From the NCBI RefSeq assembly GCF_000150275.1, contig NW_002060943.1, positions 1,602,832 through 1,666,831 on the forward strand: a DNA stretch of 64,000 nt, in the 5' to 3' direction. The first letter of the stretch is position 1. The number at the start of each line of letters is the position of its first letter. The notes under the pieces were generated by a model that was not told the origin of the DNA, made no database searches, and worked only from the letters and a program-made list of their open reading frames with translations. Of this stretch, positions 35,001 through 49,700 are shown one piece after another. A program made the position numbers and the translations under genes. The stretch comes from Trichoplax adhaerens. Taxonomy: Eukaryota; Animalia; Placozoa.

Positions 35001-36263
35001 AAAAATTCTGCATCTTTATCGTAATATCTTATAGCGTGATATGTTTATCCAAGCAGAAAATCAAGATGCCTAGAATAGTGAAGATATAACAGCAATCGAG
35101 ATCTTCTTTTCTATTAGAATAATCATTTTCATTTGACCATGATCACTATTTTATATAATTGATAGGTTTGACTAGGCATAAGGTTTATCGCGTCTTGACT
35201 TAGAAAATTTATCGAGTAAATTCATAGTTATTGACTTATCTAAGATAGTTCTATAAGCCTACTTTTATATTATTAAAGAGTACAATCCAATACAGATATT
35301 GCTAATCAATTCAGTAATAATACACTTAACTATATCTTTAATATTTGGAAATGAATACCCCTAAAAATTCTATATTTGTGTCACAACCCTCACTTGTGGC
35401 AAAGGAAAGTAAAGAACTCTAGTGTAGTTACTTAAAACTTCGGCTATTTCTCCCAGTACTTTCAGTTTCTATGAGAGACGTATTTGAGAACTCGATTTCT
35501 CGGCTGATCTCCACAGACAACTGACTAATTATTACACTATTCTTCACGATATGAGTCTTGCCGTTTCTTGAGCAATTACTTACTTTATTCTACAAACACA
35601 CGCGCTTAAATAGGCTTCTACAGTGAATTCCAATATTAACGAGTGAGAATTCATGCTTTACAAGTTACATTAATTAGTATAATACCATTACTAAATATAC
35701 ATGTCGATATTCTCAGACTTAGATAGCTACAAGCTATCAGGTGTTAAGACGCTTAACCTTCGTCCATATACAGCTCAATTTTTTAGAGATTAACACACCT
35801 TACAAACCTACAGTAAACTAACTGTTAACAACTTCTATTTTTATCTCATTTCTACCATCCTATTATCAGCTACAAGCGCATTAAACATAGCACATAACCT
35901 TATCTTATCTATTCATAAGCATTCATTAAACAACAGTTACTTAATTAGTAACGGAGTACCGTGACAATTTGAAAGAATTTACTTCCAAGTAAACGATTAA
36001 ATTATAGTTAAATATCACAAGTTAAAGTGCGTGGAACTTATTTCAGTTGCACAATATACTCGCAGTCGGGTCGTCTATGAAGATCAACCTGACCCTTATT
36101 TTCATTTTTAGTTAATCAACATCGAACTGAAGACATGGCAGTAAATATACATTATAACTTTGTGAATTAGCCGAACTACGGAAGGTAAGAACTGCATTAT
36201 TATTTTGGCTTTAATGTATTCACAAGTTATTTCTGTAAATTTCCTCAACATTTCACAAAAGCA

Positions 36264-39200
36264 TTAATCACATTTGGTAAAGATGTTCATGTAAATCTTA
36301 TAGATACCAGCAGATTTTTTCCAGATCACCACATACCTATCGGATAAGGAATTCGTTAATTTATCTTTAGTATACGGATGATAGCAATCGTTTGTGCTGA
36401 ATCAGTAGTTATTACGTTAATTAGGTAAATGTAGAATATGATATCTTGTACTGTGTCAGCAGAAGCAGTCTGCACTTAGCAAATTAAAATTCGAAGCTTA
36501 TAGGATGGATTAAAAATCCACAAGATTGTTAATATTAACAACTTCTACTGCCACAATTGTATACTCATAAATATAACGAATATTGAGGTATCTAGGAATT
36601 AATTTTGGATATTATTAGGTACTTTAATAGCAAAGATAGAAATTGAAAATCAAAACAATATTTAATAACTGGTATCGTAGACCTTAGTTTTCGCTAATTT
36701 ATCATATTAATACTTAAATAGTAGCGTACCTGCCAAAATCCTCCATCTCACTGTCTGAACAGAAGACTTTATAACGTCCACGTTCGAAAACGGTATCATG
36801 ATTTGTATTGCATACACAACCTAATTCATCTAAAGTTATTTCGATAGCATTCAATCCAGAATCGAGGGCATCGGCATAAGCTGCAGCAAGAACTATGAAG
36901 TAAATAAAATTGTGAATACAGAATCGGTCAGAAATGGATAGAAAATTGCTACACAAATATATATACATATTTATCTATCATTCAAGGATCGCTAAAGCCT
37001 ATAACTTTTATAAATTTTATCCTATAAGAATACTCAGAGAATTACGGTTATCTCATCGTAAAACAATTATATCTCAAAAAATATTACGTAATTAATTATA
37101 TTCTATACGCAAAAGTGATTACTAGCATAATAATAAAGCTACAATATGACTAGTAGACTATTAAATTCCTCTAGCACTACAGAAACACACACTGCTATCA
37201 TGATGGAGATCTACAGTAATTAGAAATCAGCAACGTGGTCTAAAATTATTAGCGTTATATTAAGTTGATGAATACTATTGACCAACATGTATTCAAATTA
37301 CGATGATTTATATATGTTATCTAGTATGAAAGAAATGCTCGAATTACTTTTGCAAATACGCTAATTTAAAAACTTGTTCTATTATCATATTTGAGATATA
37401 CTCTCATAGAAAATCATCAAAACGATTCAAAATTAATGCTTTGATAATTTAAATGAGCGTTGAAATTTGCGTATACTTTAAAAGTATTTGTGAATTACAG
37501 TATACTCAATATTATTTACAGTTTATAGAATAAATATTTAAGATCTCCTCTAGTTAATAAAATCTACTCTGTTAACACCATAACATGCATCAATTTAGAG
37601 GTCATTCAGTATGATCTAAAATACTGGCATAGTATTAATTAATATAGAAATTTGTTTACAGAAATCTTTATTCACTGGGATGTATTCGATTAATTATCTT
37701 ATGGGAGTAATAATATTCGTGCTACTCTTTTAAGCAATAGAAATTCTTGCGCTATTATCAAGGTCGAGATTACTCTATTTAGAAAGAGTAAAGACAGTCT
37801 CAACATCAAGAATACGAATATTTACAAGTATTGCATTTAAATTAACACAGAAATTTTGCTAATAAAAAATACTTACCGATTACGAAAGATTTTATATTAT
37901 TCTAAAATAAGATAAATATTTGACGTCCATTATTATTATTCAGATCGTAGCTATTTCTTAATGCTTTCATCATGATCAAGATATCTTGTTTGAAAATTAT
38001 TGACATGATCTAAGTCTGTTGACATTACATTAATACGAAAGTTTGTTTATAAAAGTTTCTCATGAACTACAAGAGGTTCGATAGTATCTTGTTGGGAGAA
38101 AATTGAAACTACTCGCTTAGGAATAGACATTTGTGCAATGATCTTAGTCAATATTTACTCCAACTGAAAAACATTATACAGTCTAAACATCAAGAATGTC
38201 TATGATTATTTGATATTAATATTAACATCAAAATTTCGTTTTTAAAAGTGTTCATTTACTACAAAAGACTCTATATTATCCTAATAAGACAATAATTCGA
38301 CACATTTCTTTAGATAATAGAGTCGTATATTGTTGCAATTGTCATTATGATGGAGGTTTTACTGAAATAGAGTCTAAATTGAAAATTATGGAGACGATCG
38401 AAATTGGTCGACATTAAATTTAATGCAGAAAATCCTGTTTAGAGAAAAGTCTAGTAATAACTTCTATGCGACTATATACGCCATTATATGTACATTCGTG
38501 TTGTGTATAGTATTAGATGTGTTACTTATTACTTGGCGCGCTATAGATATGAATATCGCATTAAGGTATCGCGGATCGATAGTACAATATGATAAAGTTT
38601 GATACCGTACATACGAGTAGTGTATTGTAGCCCCACTACGACTAAACATTTAATCCGATTGAAAGCGCTACATAAAATCCGAATCCGATCCGAATATAGT
38701 CACTAGATAAAGGACCAGTTGTTTTTTTTGTAGGTGTAAGAGTAAGGAGTAGGAAAGGCGCTCGAATAAAGGCATAACTTACAACCACCACATACAGTAA
38801 GAAAGATTTTACTTTATCTTAATAGAATAAATTTTCGGCGTGCTTCTTTTAAGTAATAGATATTTTTGTAATCGCTATTGTAATTATTATTTTGTTTAGT
38901 TAGAAAAGCAGTAGGATAATCTAAATGATTAATATTAAAATAACACGAAAATGAGTTGATAGAAGTTTTAATCAACAACAAAAAATTTTTATATTCCCTA
39001 GTGAGAGAAATATCCGAGCTACTACTTTAGATATTAGAGATCACTCGTGCTATGATTATAATTGTGATTTCCTTTATTGTTAATTTAGAAAGCCAAAGGA
39101 TGCCGAAATTTTAAGAAATATTAGTAATTATTTGATATTAAAATTTATTAAAATCTTATGTTTATAGAAGTGCTTATTTAAAATCAGGAAAGATCCTATA

Positions 39201-42200
39201 TTATTAAAATAAGACAACTAGTTAATGCACTCTCCTTTAGGTCATGAATTTATATTTATTCAGTTGTCATCGTGATAGGACTATAGCCTAATTTAAAAGT
39301 CATCAAGACCATCTAACATGATCGACATTAAATTAACTTGAAACTATATTTACAGAGTTTTCATAGTTGTTTTTATTAACTACAAAAATTTCTGCATTAT
39401 CCAATTAGAAATACCATTCAACGTACTCTTTTAGGTCACTGTCATCATATTGGGAATATAGAATAATTTTAAATTAAATCTTTAGATAGTCTCAAATGAC
39501 AGACATTGTATTAACGCGACATTTATCTACAAAATATTCCATCCAATGCCATAAATTGTATAGAGTATTATCCTAGTGAGACAAGTATTCGAGTTTTCGA
39601 TAACAAAAATATTAAAGAGAAAGGCATTATCTTTAATACGGCATGGTCGATTCTGTACTAGCCTACTAGATTCAAATATTAAGACTAAATTTAAAGTGAT
39701 TAATACAATAATCAAATACTAATATTAGCATTGGAGGCGTATCGAAGGCGTAATTCCATTTTAAAGTAATTATTACAGCGTAAAATGACTGATATGTTGT
39801 TTTCCTAGTTAATTCTATTCAATGCCTTCTATCTGTATTGTAAAGTATACGAAAGGGTACGTGCAGATCAATTACTATTTAGTAGAAAGCTATAATAAAA
39901 CTGTTTTTTACAGCTCTAGTTTGATCATTGGTAACAATAAAAAAAGATTCCAAATACCTTACATGTGTATTTTTAATTTAAAAGTCATTAAGATAAGCTA
40001 AATTTATCGGCATTGACGTATTATTTCTCGCATGCTGACAGGTTATCCTAAAATTATAGACGTTGAGAACTTAAGACTGCGTTATATAGCGTAGTCTTTC
40101 GTAGAAAAAATAAATAATGCTTACATTTAACTATCTTATCTAAATCACAATTATCTAAGTCGTAAATGAATTTTTTCTAGAATTATTTCGTAGATGCTGA
40201 ATGTTATCTCAAAAATAACCTTATTGATATTACGGAACATACTACATAGTATAATCGTTCTTATAGAGAAATTAAATATTTTATTAATTTACTTATGCTA
40301 TCTCGACGAAAGTTACCTATGCAATCAATAAACTATTTCTTGGGTTATACAAAATACGAGAATAATTACCATCTCTCCCTACTAAGATATGTCCACTAGC
40401 TGGCATAACTCGACAGTCCTCGGTGTACATATCGATTACGTCTGATATGCTTCCACTTTTATAGGCTTCCATAATCTTTTTATTTGATTCTTCAATATGG
40501 CGACGAATCTCTGAAGTAAGTTGATTAATATCATTACAAAAATTATAAAAGTTACTATACAATTTATTCTCTTACTATCAAGCGATACACGATTATTATA
40601 GGCAATTATGACGATATCACGAATTTGTCTTAAGATGTATTTCAAGGCTTGTGTGCACGTAATAAATCAATTTCAATTTCCGAGCTACGACGGAGCATTT
40701 ATCATCAGAGCTAAAACTATTTTACCTAACTACTTGGATTGAGTCGAAAAATTTCAGTTTGATGATATATTATATCTATCGAAGGAGGAATGGAAATAGG
40801 TTTTGAAAAATTAATCCCCCAAACTATGAAATATGAATGAGACCATTTTTCAACTAATTATTATTATCATAGCCCTTAACATAAAGCCAGCCAGAATATA
40901 CTATAATTTAAGCTAACATACGAATTGTAACAGCTAGTGATTAGTCTATTTTTCGTAAATTTATGGATAGTACATTCGTACTGGCTTGATTTGAAATGTA
41001 CCGGTAAGTATTCATTTCCAAATAGCGACTCAATAATTTATTAAATACCGTATAAGCGAACTCAAGCCCAATGACAGCAGTTAATTTAAGACAATGATTG
41101 AAATTTCAATTTCTCGTAAAGTTAGACTATATATCTTTGTTTACCTTTTAAATACCCATTAGCTTAATTATTTAATAGCTCGGTATTAGTCCTTATATGT
41201 CAATAATGTAGACAAATGTTAGGTAAAGATTCTAGTCCTTCAAGTTAGGCTTTATATGATCATTCACACTTGAAATTTTTGATCGCTAAAATGTTCAGCA
41301 GATGAATATCAAAGTATGTCTCATTCGAACAAATAAGTGAGACAATTATAATTCTATAATTATGATTGTTAATAAGTTGTTCCCTATATCATCCATTTAA
41401 ATCTAGAAAACCCGATAGCATAAATGTTCAATGCCTTAAAATGGATGTTTGCCTTATCCATACAAATAGCGTAGGCAAATGATAGACAAATACGCTATTT
41501 CTGGTAAAAGATCGCTTAAATAGTATCATTTATACCTAAATTACCCTGGTCATTATTCTAAGTTTGATGTTTTACTAGCTGTTTCTCAAAACTACTAGTA
41601 GTACTTCTATCCAATTAAATACCTGCTGTAGTACATATTAACTACCTTAAGTGATTGCAGTCATGGAATTGTTAGGCACTAATTATAATTAGTTAGTTAT
41701 CCTCTTGAAATCAAATAATAAAATTTCCTCATAAGCATTGAAAACTTCTGGCCATATTGCTAAGTATTTCTAATTCGCAAAAACTGCGTATGTAGAAGAA
41801 AATGTTCAAATTTTCTTTTAATTTTCTTGTTACTATATTGAATTGTAAAATAGCGGTATCTACTCCCACCTTTTCCTTTGCCATACATAATGTACACCCT
41901 GACAGCTTAATTTAAAGAGTAGAATAAACCACAGTTGCTACAATATCGTTGGATAATACCCTTACTGTCAGCAGTTGTCAATAGACGATCTAGTGATAAT
42001 CGTTGACTATTCATCAAGTCATGGTGTATCATTAATGCTATACCTGTTATTAATAAACGGTAAGAACTTCGGTTATGAGTGGCAGCCATTAAGTTTGCAG
42101 TAGAGTCGTATGAAATAATTCATAAAAATGATATTATACGATAGCCAAGAATAAGAGTTTTGGTTTACATTGGTTGTATTTTAAAACTTGGATAGGAAAT

Positions 42201-45082
42201 GGTAGAAAATTTCACTATAAGAAATTCTTGTGAAAGTTGCAGGTGCAATATACTTTTCTATAGCGCTATAGATGGTAATTTAATTTTTAGATACTGGTGC
42301 TATACTACAGCCTATAGCAAAAAATTTTGCTAAAAGAAATCGTTATGAAGGTAATCAATATAGTCTAATTTCCTATAGCGATAGATGGCGATTACATTCT
42401 TAGATACGGGTGCAGTAGCCAATGATGGAAACTCCTGTGAAGAGAATTCGCTGTAAAGGTTATCGGTCTAGTATGATTTTCCATAATAACTGATAGCAAC
42501 TAGATTGTTAAATAGTACAAGGCGAAACTTCTGCTAAGAGAAATCGGTCGTTTTGAATAGTTTACTTTTCTTGTAGTCCTCTGTCATGTTTGAGCGATAG
42601 CAATACATTGAACAGCAAGCTGCTATTTTACGTCCGAATAATGTTTTAATCCAGTCAATAGTAAAAAGCTATAGTTGGACGATAGTATACTTTTTATTAT
42701 ACAGAGTAATAAATGAGAAGTTTTGGATAGGCGATCAAGAGGATCGAAATTATACATTAAGCTGAATAGATTATTTCGACTGGATATGAACTCTGTATAA
42801 CTTCTCATCTTCAATAAAAGGACATCATTTGAACTTGAAAAGTTTGTTAGAATATCGACACTAACAACGTTTACAACACAAACTTTGCATTGAGCAAAGG
42901 CAATCAAAAATAAAAGTAGTACACTTGTCCATGATTAGACAGTATAGGCGGAGAGGGGATAGTTTAGCGGGCTATTAAAAATCACGGAACAGTTTAACGG
43001 ATAACGATATCATGTTAAATATAAGCAAAGAAACTGGACACTAGAACTTAACGGCTGGTAGAACATCAATAAAATCCATTGCAATAAATCCTAAACGGTA
43101 GCTCTACATAATTTGAAGCCTATTTTATTTTTACATTTGTACTTATTAGGACAATAATGGTCAATAAAATCAGAATGAAACATTGATGAGAGATTCACTG
43201 CTTTTTTTATAGTGTAATAATATCAAAAGCAATGATAATGTCGATTAGGTACTAAATTGAAAATGATAATGCAATCAATTCTACCCCTATCCTTAAAATC
43301 TTGTCATGAATAACTTTACTCGCGGAATAGAAGACATTCTGTTCAAGGATTTTTCACCTACTATAGCATGTAATTAGATTTACTTCTGTAGAAATTGGCT
43401 TTTAATCCCGTTCGCTAATCTACAAAATTTCACTCTGGCTATCCATGTCGAAGCATAGACATTAGAAAACGCCATCATTCACATTAGATGATGCTGTTCT
43501 AATCGTTAGGAAAAGGAAAAATTTTCTCCTTAACTATAAATGTTTAAGCCTGAAATAGTAGAATGCATCATCATTACCATTGGATGATGTTGTTCTAATT
43601 TGGATACCTATGCTGTCAAATCGTCCAGAAGAAATAAAGCTTTCTCCCTAATTATATTTATAGTTACATTTGTTCAAGCATGGATAGTAGTATACATCGT
43701 AGTTAACATTGGATAGCGCTGTTCTAATTTTAATGCCTTTACTTTCAAATTGCTGTGAAAATGAGAAAATTTCTCCCTCGTTATCAATATTCAACCATGG
43801 ACAATAGAATACATCATCACTAACATGAGATGATATTTTTATAATTTGGAAGTCTTTGCTGTCAAATCATCGTGAAGATAAAAAGCTTTCTCCCTCTTTA
43901 AAACTATTCAAGTATGAATAGTAGAATACATCATCGACTTTCTCCCTAATTATAGATATAAATATTCAAGCATGGGCTGTAGATTACATCATCATTAACA
44001 TTAGACGATGCTGTTCTTATTTGGATACCTTTGCTGTCAAATCGTCGAAAAGAAGAAGAATTTTCTCCCATGTTTTTATAACTATTCAAGCATGGACAAT
44101 AGAATACACCATCATCACGGCAACATGGAACGATGCTATTATAATTTGCATGTCTGTGAAATCGTAGTGAAGAGGAAAAAAAATTTCTCTGTTGTAATAC
44201 GTTAAGAGTATCATTGATAATTAATAGACATAACTAGTATAATTTATATTTGATAATGATTTCGAAATTTATTACCGAAAAAATTTCCGTTCTAGCCATT
44301 TTACTCCATAAAGAAAGTAAGTCATGCTTGAAATTAATGCATAAAACTACAATTATTAGCTATAGAATAGTTAGGATTGCACAGTTATTAATATCAAATA
44401 ATAATCTTCTATTGATTTCTAGTTTGAAGTGGCTTTGCAAGGCATTAATTAATAAGAAAAAATGAAGACACTGAAAATAAAATTAGAAACCTATAGTGTA
44501 GTAATCACTGTCCAAAGTAATCCTAATGATGGGTGAAAATTGCCAACTCGGTCTAGAAGAGTCTGGCCATCACAATAAGTGTAGAAAATTGGCTGTTCTT
44601 ATGTCACTCTTTGAGAGTCAATTGGTGTCGGAGATCCAGGATAACATAGGCAGTAATCGTTGCTATCATGTCTCCATAGTCTTCCACGATATTGTGATAA
44701 TTGATCTTGAATGTGTAGTAAATGTATACAACAGAATGCAACATGGATAAAAGTTATTTTTTATTGCCATTTGTTCACAGAATAATGAATTGTCATTCTT
44801 GACATCCAAATCATGATCATAGAACAATACTGTGTATCTGTCATCCTCTATATCCGATACTATCGTGATTGGAAAATGAAATTAACTTTTAAATAAGGGA
44901 TCCATAGTGGAATGATTAAGAGAGAATGATGGAAAATTCTTATAATCTATCGTAATCACTGATTTACAGTTGTAAAGAATTACAATTGGACATGATATAG
45001 TATTGCATTATTAATTTAAGTATAAGGAGAAATGACAGCTATAGATTGGAAAATCGGATAGGCGATTACCAGCTGCCTGCAT
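36264..45082 (-). CDS. NTF2-like / SnoaL-like (DUF4440, YybH-type) protein, ~129 aa
   Basis: Exons 45082-45070 (MQAA, tentative), 40510-40370 (EIRRHIEESNKKIMEAYKSGSISDVIDMYTEDCRVMPASGHILVGRD), 36892-36730 (VLAAAYADALDSG...TVFERGRYKV...DFG) and 36336-36264 (RYVVIWKKSAGIYKIYMNIFTKCD-stop). Phases 1/1/2 are consistent. The motifs YTEDxxxMP-x5-GR and GRYVVIWKK are characteristic of the family. The first exon is less certain than the other three. Confidence 0.8.
37560..39480. repeat. Degenerate ~385-bp direct repeat, 2-3 copies, in the NTF2-like gene intron
   Basis: acagtct(c/a)aacatcaagaat occurs at ~37795 and ~38179. Shared downstream blocks (tatattat..aataaga; gacatta.att.aat) recur at ~37890, ~38270 and ~39200. 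Confidence 0.55.
42195..42545. repeat. Degenerate ~115-bp tandem repeat x3
   Basis: ctatagcg(ct)atagatgg.....tagatac.ggtgc at ~42258 and ~42373, with a more decayed third copy near 42480. Confidence 0.6.
43430..44190. repeat. Degenerate ~120-bp minisatellite, ~6 copies
   Basis: Recurrent blocks ttcaagcatgga..tagaatacatcatca..aacat..gatg.tgttctaatttgga..ctttgctgtcaaatc..tttctccc. Confidence 0.85.
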
Positions 45083-46229
45083 CGCTTTGAAGATTGCACA
45101 ATGTCCCAGTAGACTAGCTTTCAAGAGGGAATCGTTTATCGTTAAAAGAATCTTATTCCTATCTTGTTAACGTAATTGAATACTTTTTGGTCCTATTTTC
45201 TCATCATCGATGACTTTATCTTGTTTTGATAGAGTCAAATTTTGACTGTTTCTATCTAGTCTACAAAAAGTTTGTAGTTAATTTACTCTAGGCTTTTCTT
45301 ACGATGATCCAATTCATGAACGAAAGTAGTCTAGTAATAGCAAAATGGAGCCAAAAACTAGAAGAAGCAGTCTAAGAAAGACCATGATAAGATCGCTCCT
45401 ATCAATCAAGTAATTAGTCTAACTTGTAGGCTATTTCATCGTGATTCAATCCGCTCACGAAAGCCATCTAGTCCATCTTATAGTCTATAGTAGGGCTAAT
45501 AATTTGGTAAAGTAATTTAAAAGTTAGATCTAGATCAAATTGTTTCTATCAAGTAAGCAATTATTTCAGTTTGTATAGTATTAGACTACATTTACTACTT
45601 CTAAATCCGTAAATAGAAGCGATCTAATGAACATGAAGAAAGCCAAATACGATCCAGATTCCTTATCCACTTGGGCTAATTTTAACTTCATTTTACGAAG
45701 AGCAAACGATATGTTAGAAAGTAGCAATCCAGCATTGGTCCAATTATCCTTAACAACGCAGTATTAATGACTACTGTCCTATCGAATCAAATTTAATTTC
45801 GCCAAGACAAATGATATTGGTGCCTAAGCGCTAAATTAAGAAAATATTGTGCTCAATTATCCGATGAATCAATACTGCATTTGGACGATTATCGATGGAT
45901 AATTATAGAATAGCGCTCAATTGATTGTGAAAGTAAATGATAAAAGCCGTGCTCAAAGAACATTTTTCTATACAGTCTGATCAATATTGTGGTTAGTATT
46001 CAAGTATTTACACACTATTTAAGTTTATCAATCACTGCTATTGATCCATATTCAATGATTACTAGTAAATGGTTACACTATCGTTGCAACTGATTTTAAT
46101 GAGATTCTTTCATAATTTATCATATTAAGGAAAATAATAAACGGACATTCCCAGCAATGCGTACAAATATTACCTCATGTCCTTAGTAACTTTCAGATGT
46201 TGAATAAAGGCGCTTGGCAAGCCAACAAC

Positions 46230-46740
46230 CTATTCTAACTATCTTAATTCTAGCTCTACATCCCACTGTACTTTACTCAATATCGCCATCTTGAATAGCC
46301 ATAGTGAGTCTAACGAATAATCATCATCCTATAATCAATTTCTCGGTTTGATGCCCATTCCAATCAATCCATACATTATTCCAGATTCAATTTATAAGCG
46401 AATAAACTATTCTAACTATCTTCATTTTAGCTAACACCCACTGTACAACAGTCAAATGTCGCCATCTTGAATAAGTCAAAGTTAGTGTAATGTAACAAAT
46501 AGACATGATACTATAATTATATACTATAATCAATTCATCGGCTTGAAGGCCAGCCAAATTCAATTTATAAGCGAACTATTCCAACTATTTTCATTTTAGC
46601 TAACACCTTATATACAAGAGTCAATGTCGCCATTTTGAATAGTCAAAGTTACTGTAACTAATGGACACGATCCTATAATCAATTTCTAGGCTTGATAGCC
46701 AATTCAACCAATCTGTACACCATCTCACATTCAATGTAAA
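46230..46740. repeat. Degenerate ~175-bp tandem repeat x3
   Basis: ctattc(t/c)aactat..tagct..tcgccat(c/t)ttgaata..ctataatcaatt..ttcaatttataagcgaa, with copies starting at ~46230, ~46406 and ~46575. Confidence 0.85.
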
Positions 46741-49700
46741 GAAATAGCCATTAATTGATTATATAACTTTCCACTTTGCTATCGTTTCTGTTACTTTCTA
46801 TTTCAACAAATCTTCCCTATCGATATTATAGGAAGTCAAAATTTTGATCTGCTCTAAAATAGTAGTCATCAAAACTCTTCATGAATATTGAGAAAATAAA
46901 AACTTGAATATTTTCTTCATCAAGAGAAAGAGATAACTATTTCAAGGCGGACAAATATTATGGTGGTGTGCACCCTTTGCTTTGAACTCGATCTAGTGGG
47001 GCGATTAGGCGAAAGATGGGTTCCCATTTCACTTTAGCCTATTTTATCCATTTAAGAGAAGCAATTTGAAAGGATGCTCTTGAATTTATCGGTCTACTGT
47101 TGTTCTTTTGCATCAAATAAAAAACATGCTTAATATCGCTCTAACTCAAGACCTCAGAAACTATATTATAATACCATTAGAATAAATCGGCATATAAAAT
47201 AAATAGACAGAAGTAAGTGTATGCATATAATTGCTGTAAACAAGAATAGAAAAGAGCTAAAAAACATTTTAATCTCCTCCAACCTTCCATTTTGATGATT
47301 GATTGTCGATAGATAATGCAATGGTTGATAGTGTAGAAGCCAAAAGGTAAAAAGGCCAAAAATGAGCGATAAAATGCCAATTCAAAACTTTTATCAATCA
47401 CTTCAAGTAAGGTAGCAGAAGATAAGATATCATCGATTGGACAATAAAATAGTAGATTACCTAGAATCTAGACAATATATATATCAATAATTTTAAGTTA
47501 CTTTGCATTTGGTATGATTGAATTTATTCTATAGAATCATGCATCATAAACACGTTAAGTTGCTTGAAAGCTATCAATAATTAAAGTTAACATAATATAA
47601 TGGTCGCCAAGAATACTATTATATCCATTCTATATAGCTAACATCAAGTTATTAATGATTGCTGATTAAGAAAGGCTTGACCATTTAAGATATATACAGG
47701 TGCATTTTTTAATTTTATTTTTCAATCACAATACTTATTATCACGTTGATAAAATAACCAAAGCTTAACCCTATTATCGTTATCGAATTGAATATCAACA
47801 TAGCTGCAACAATTAAAGTCATTATAACAAAACACTTTTCCATCTCCATTAAAAGATAGACAATAGCTATGCAGAATGTCTTGATGAATATTATATAGTC
47901 AAATGATAGTGTTATGATCCAATTCACTCACTTTTCATCTGGTTTAGTCCATGAAATTTTTAATTTAAAATTAAAATAAAAAGGAAAGAATAACAGACAG
48001 CTACAAGGTAATTCAAGGACAAAAATGCAGTCAAGATTTTGAATACAGTCACGCTCAATCAAGATGAATACTATATTGTACAGATTTAAATCAATAAATG
48101 CTGTATTGGTTAATTTGCTACTCTATACCATGGCTGATGGAATAGCAAATTAATAAAAATCTTCAACCATAAAATGTATTAAAAATACTTACAAAACAAA
48201 GGATAGACTATACATAGCAATAAAAAAACTCTTTTCAATCATGTAGCCAAAAGTCGTCCATTTGAATATTCAATTCCATATTATTTTTGCTTTGTTTCAT
48301 TTCTCACGAATTATTAATGTAATACTTCCTTTATTCTGGATAGGATTTAATTTAAAAGATGAAAGCACAGACAATTTTCGTGAGAATTCACCAAAATCTC
48401 CTTTAAATTAAAATTTTTCACCATGTCTCTAGAGGGTTAGCAACTCTTAATGAACATGCAATAACTCAGATTTTAATATCGTTGTTAAAATGAATTACTA
48501 TTGTAAAATAGAGTAATATAATAAACGAAATGACTCATTCTATACAATATAGGCTACCCTATTTCATGGAATAAACTGAGTTAATGTAACTATGATGTCT
48601 TATTAATTCATCCTTCAGACAAGGTAAAATGAAAAGAATTATTTTCTTTTCACTTTTGGATCAAGGAAGAGCCGGATGGTATATAAAATATTATTATTAA
48701 TTTTTCTTTATTAATTCGTTGGCCGTATCCTTTCTTGAGATATTGATATCCATTAACGTATACTATCTACTATCCCTTATTAATTATTGACTCTCGAATT
48801 GATTATTTTGATTAAAGAGAGAACTTACCATATGCAGATACTATTCCTATTCAGCAACATTTACTTAAAGAATCATCAAGACAATTTACACCTTCAATTG
48901 AATAGTTCAATTTGCACCATGCAGACGTTTTATCTTTTAACCGAGATATTGTTCTATTTTTATTTCTTTCTAGTATTAGTCGCATTAAATGTAAAATTCT
49001 TTTCATTTAAATATAATCTAAACGACATCATTTTAAATAAAGATAATCGCGGTACCATGCTATTATTTACTATCTATCTTTCATTATTAAACCGGAAATT
49101 TAAGCAATAACTTCATTACTATTTGTAGACAGATGTGCAAGTCTTCTGTCGTGGGCCTTATAATACACTTGGAATAATTAGCTAGAGATAGCCTACTTAG
49201 TTTATTAAAGTTAGAAACAATCATGAAGACCCAATTAATCAAACTTGAGGCATAATTGTTAAATTACTAAAAATCTATATTGCTCGACTAGTTTCGCAAT
49301 TAGAGTCGGATTTACTAGCCAATACAGACTAGGCTTTGTAATTATATAAATATATCAATCGCTTTGATAACAGCAGCTGGATGGATTAAAGATTTGCAGC
49401 TTTACATAAAAGATTGATATCAGTCAATGATTGAGTAGAAATATATTTTGGATACAATCATACTTCTTGTCCGCGGCTTCAATAACAGTAGCCGGGTAAA
49501 AATGTAACTCTAACTCTGAAATAAGCTTTAAAATTAATTGATATGCAGTTTTAACATAATCATGCATAATATTTATAACTATATTAATGGCCATAGGTAC
49601 ATCAAAAGTCGAAACTTACTAAATTTGAAACCGATCTTTAGTTCTCTGAAAGAATAAAAACTTTAGCATTTCCAAAATATCATAATTACACATTTACAGA

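Noticed and set aside
43430-44190. Possible CRISPR-like array
   Set aside because: Whole units are degenerate copies with no unique spacers, there are no cas genes, and the context is eukaryotic.
44500-44900. Coding-like stretch on both strands
   Set aside because: Frames are interrupted and no family could be recognised; at best an unidentifiable relic.
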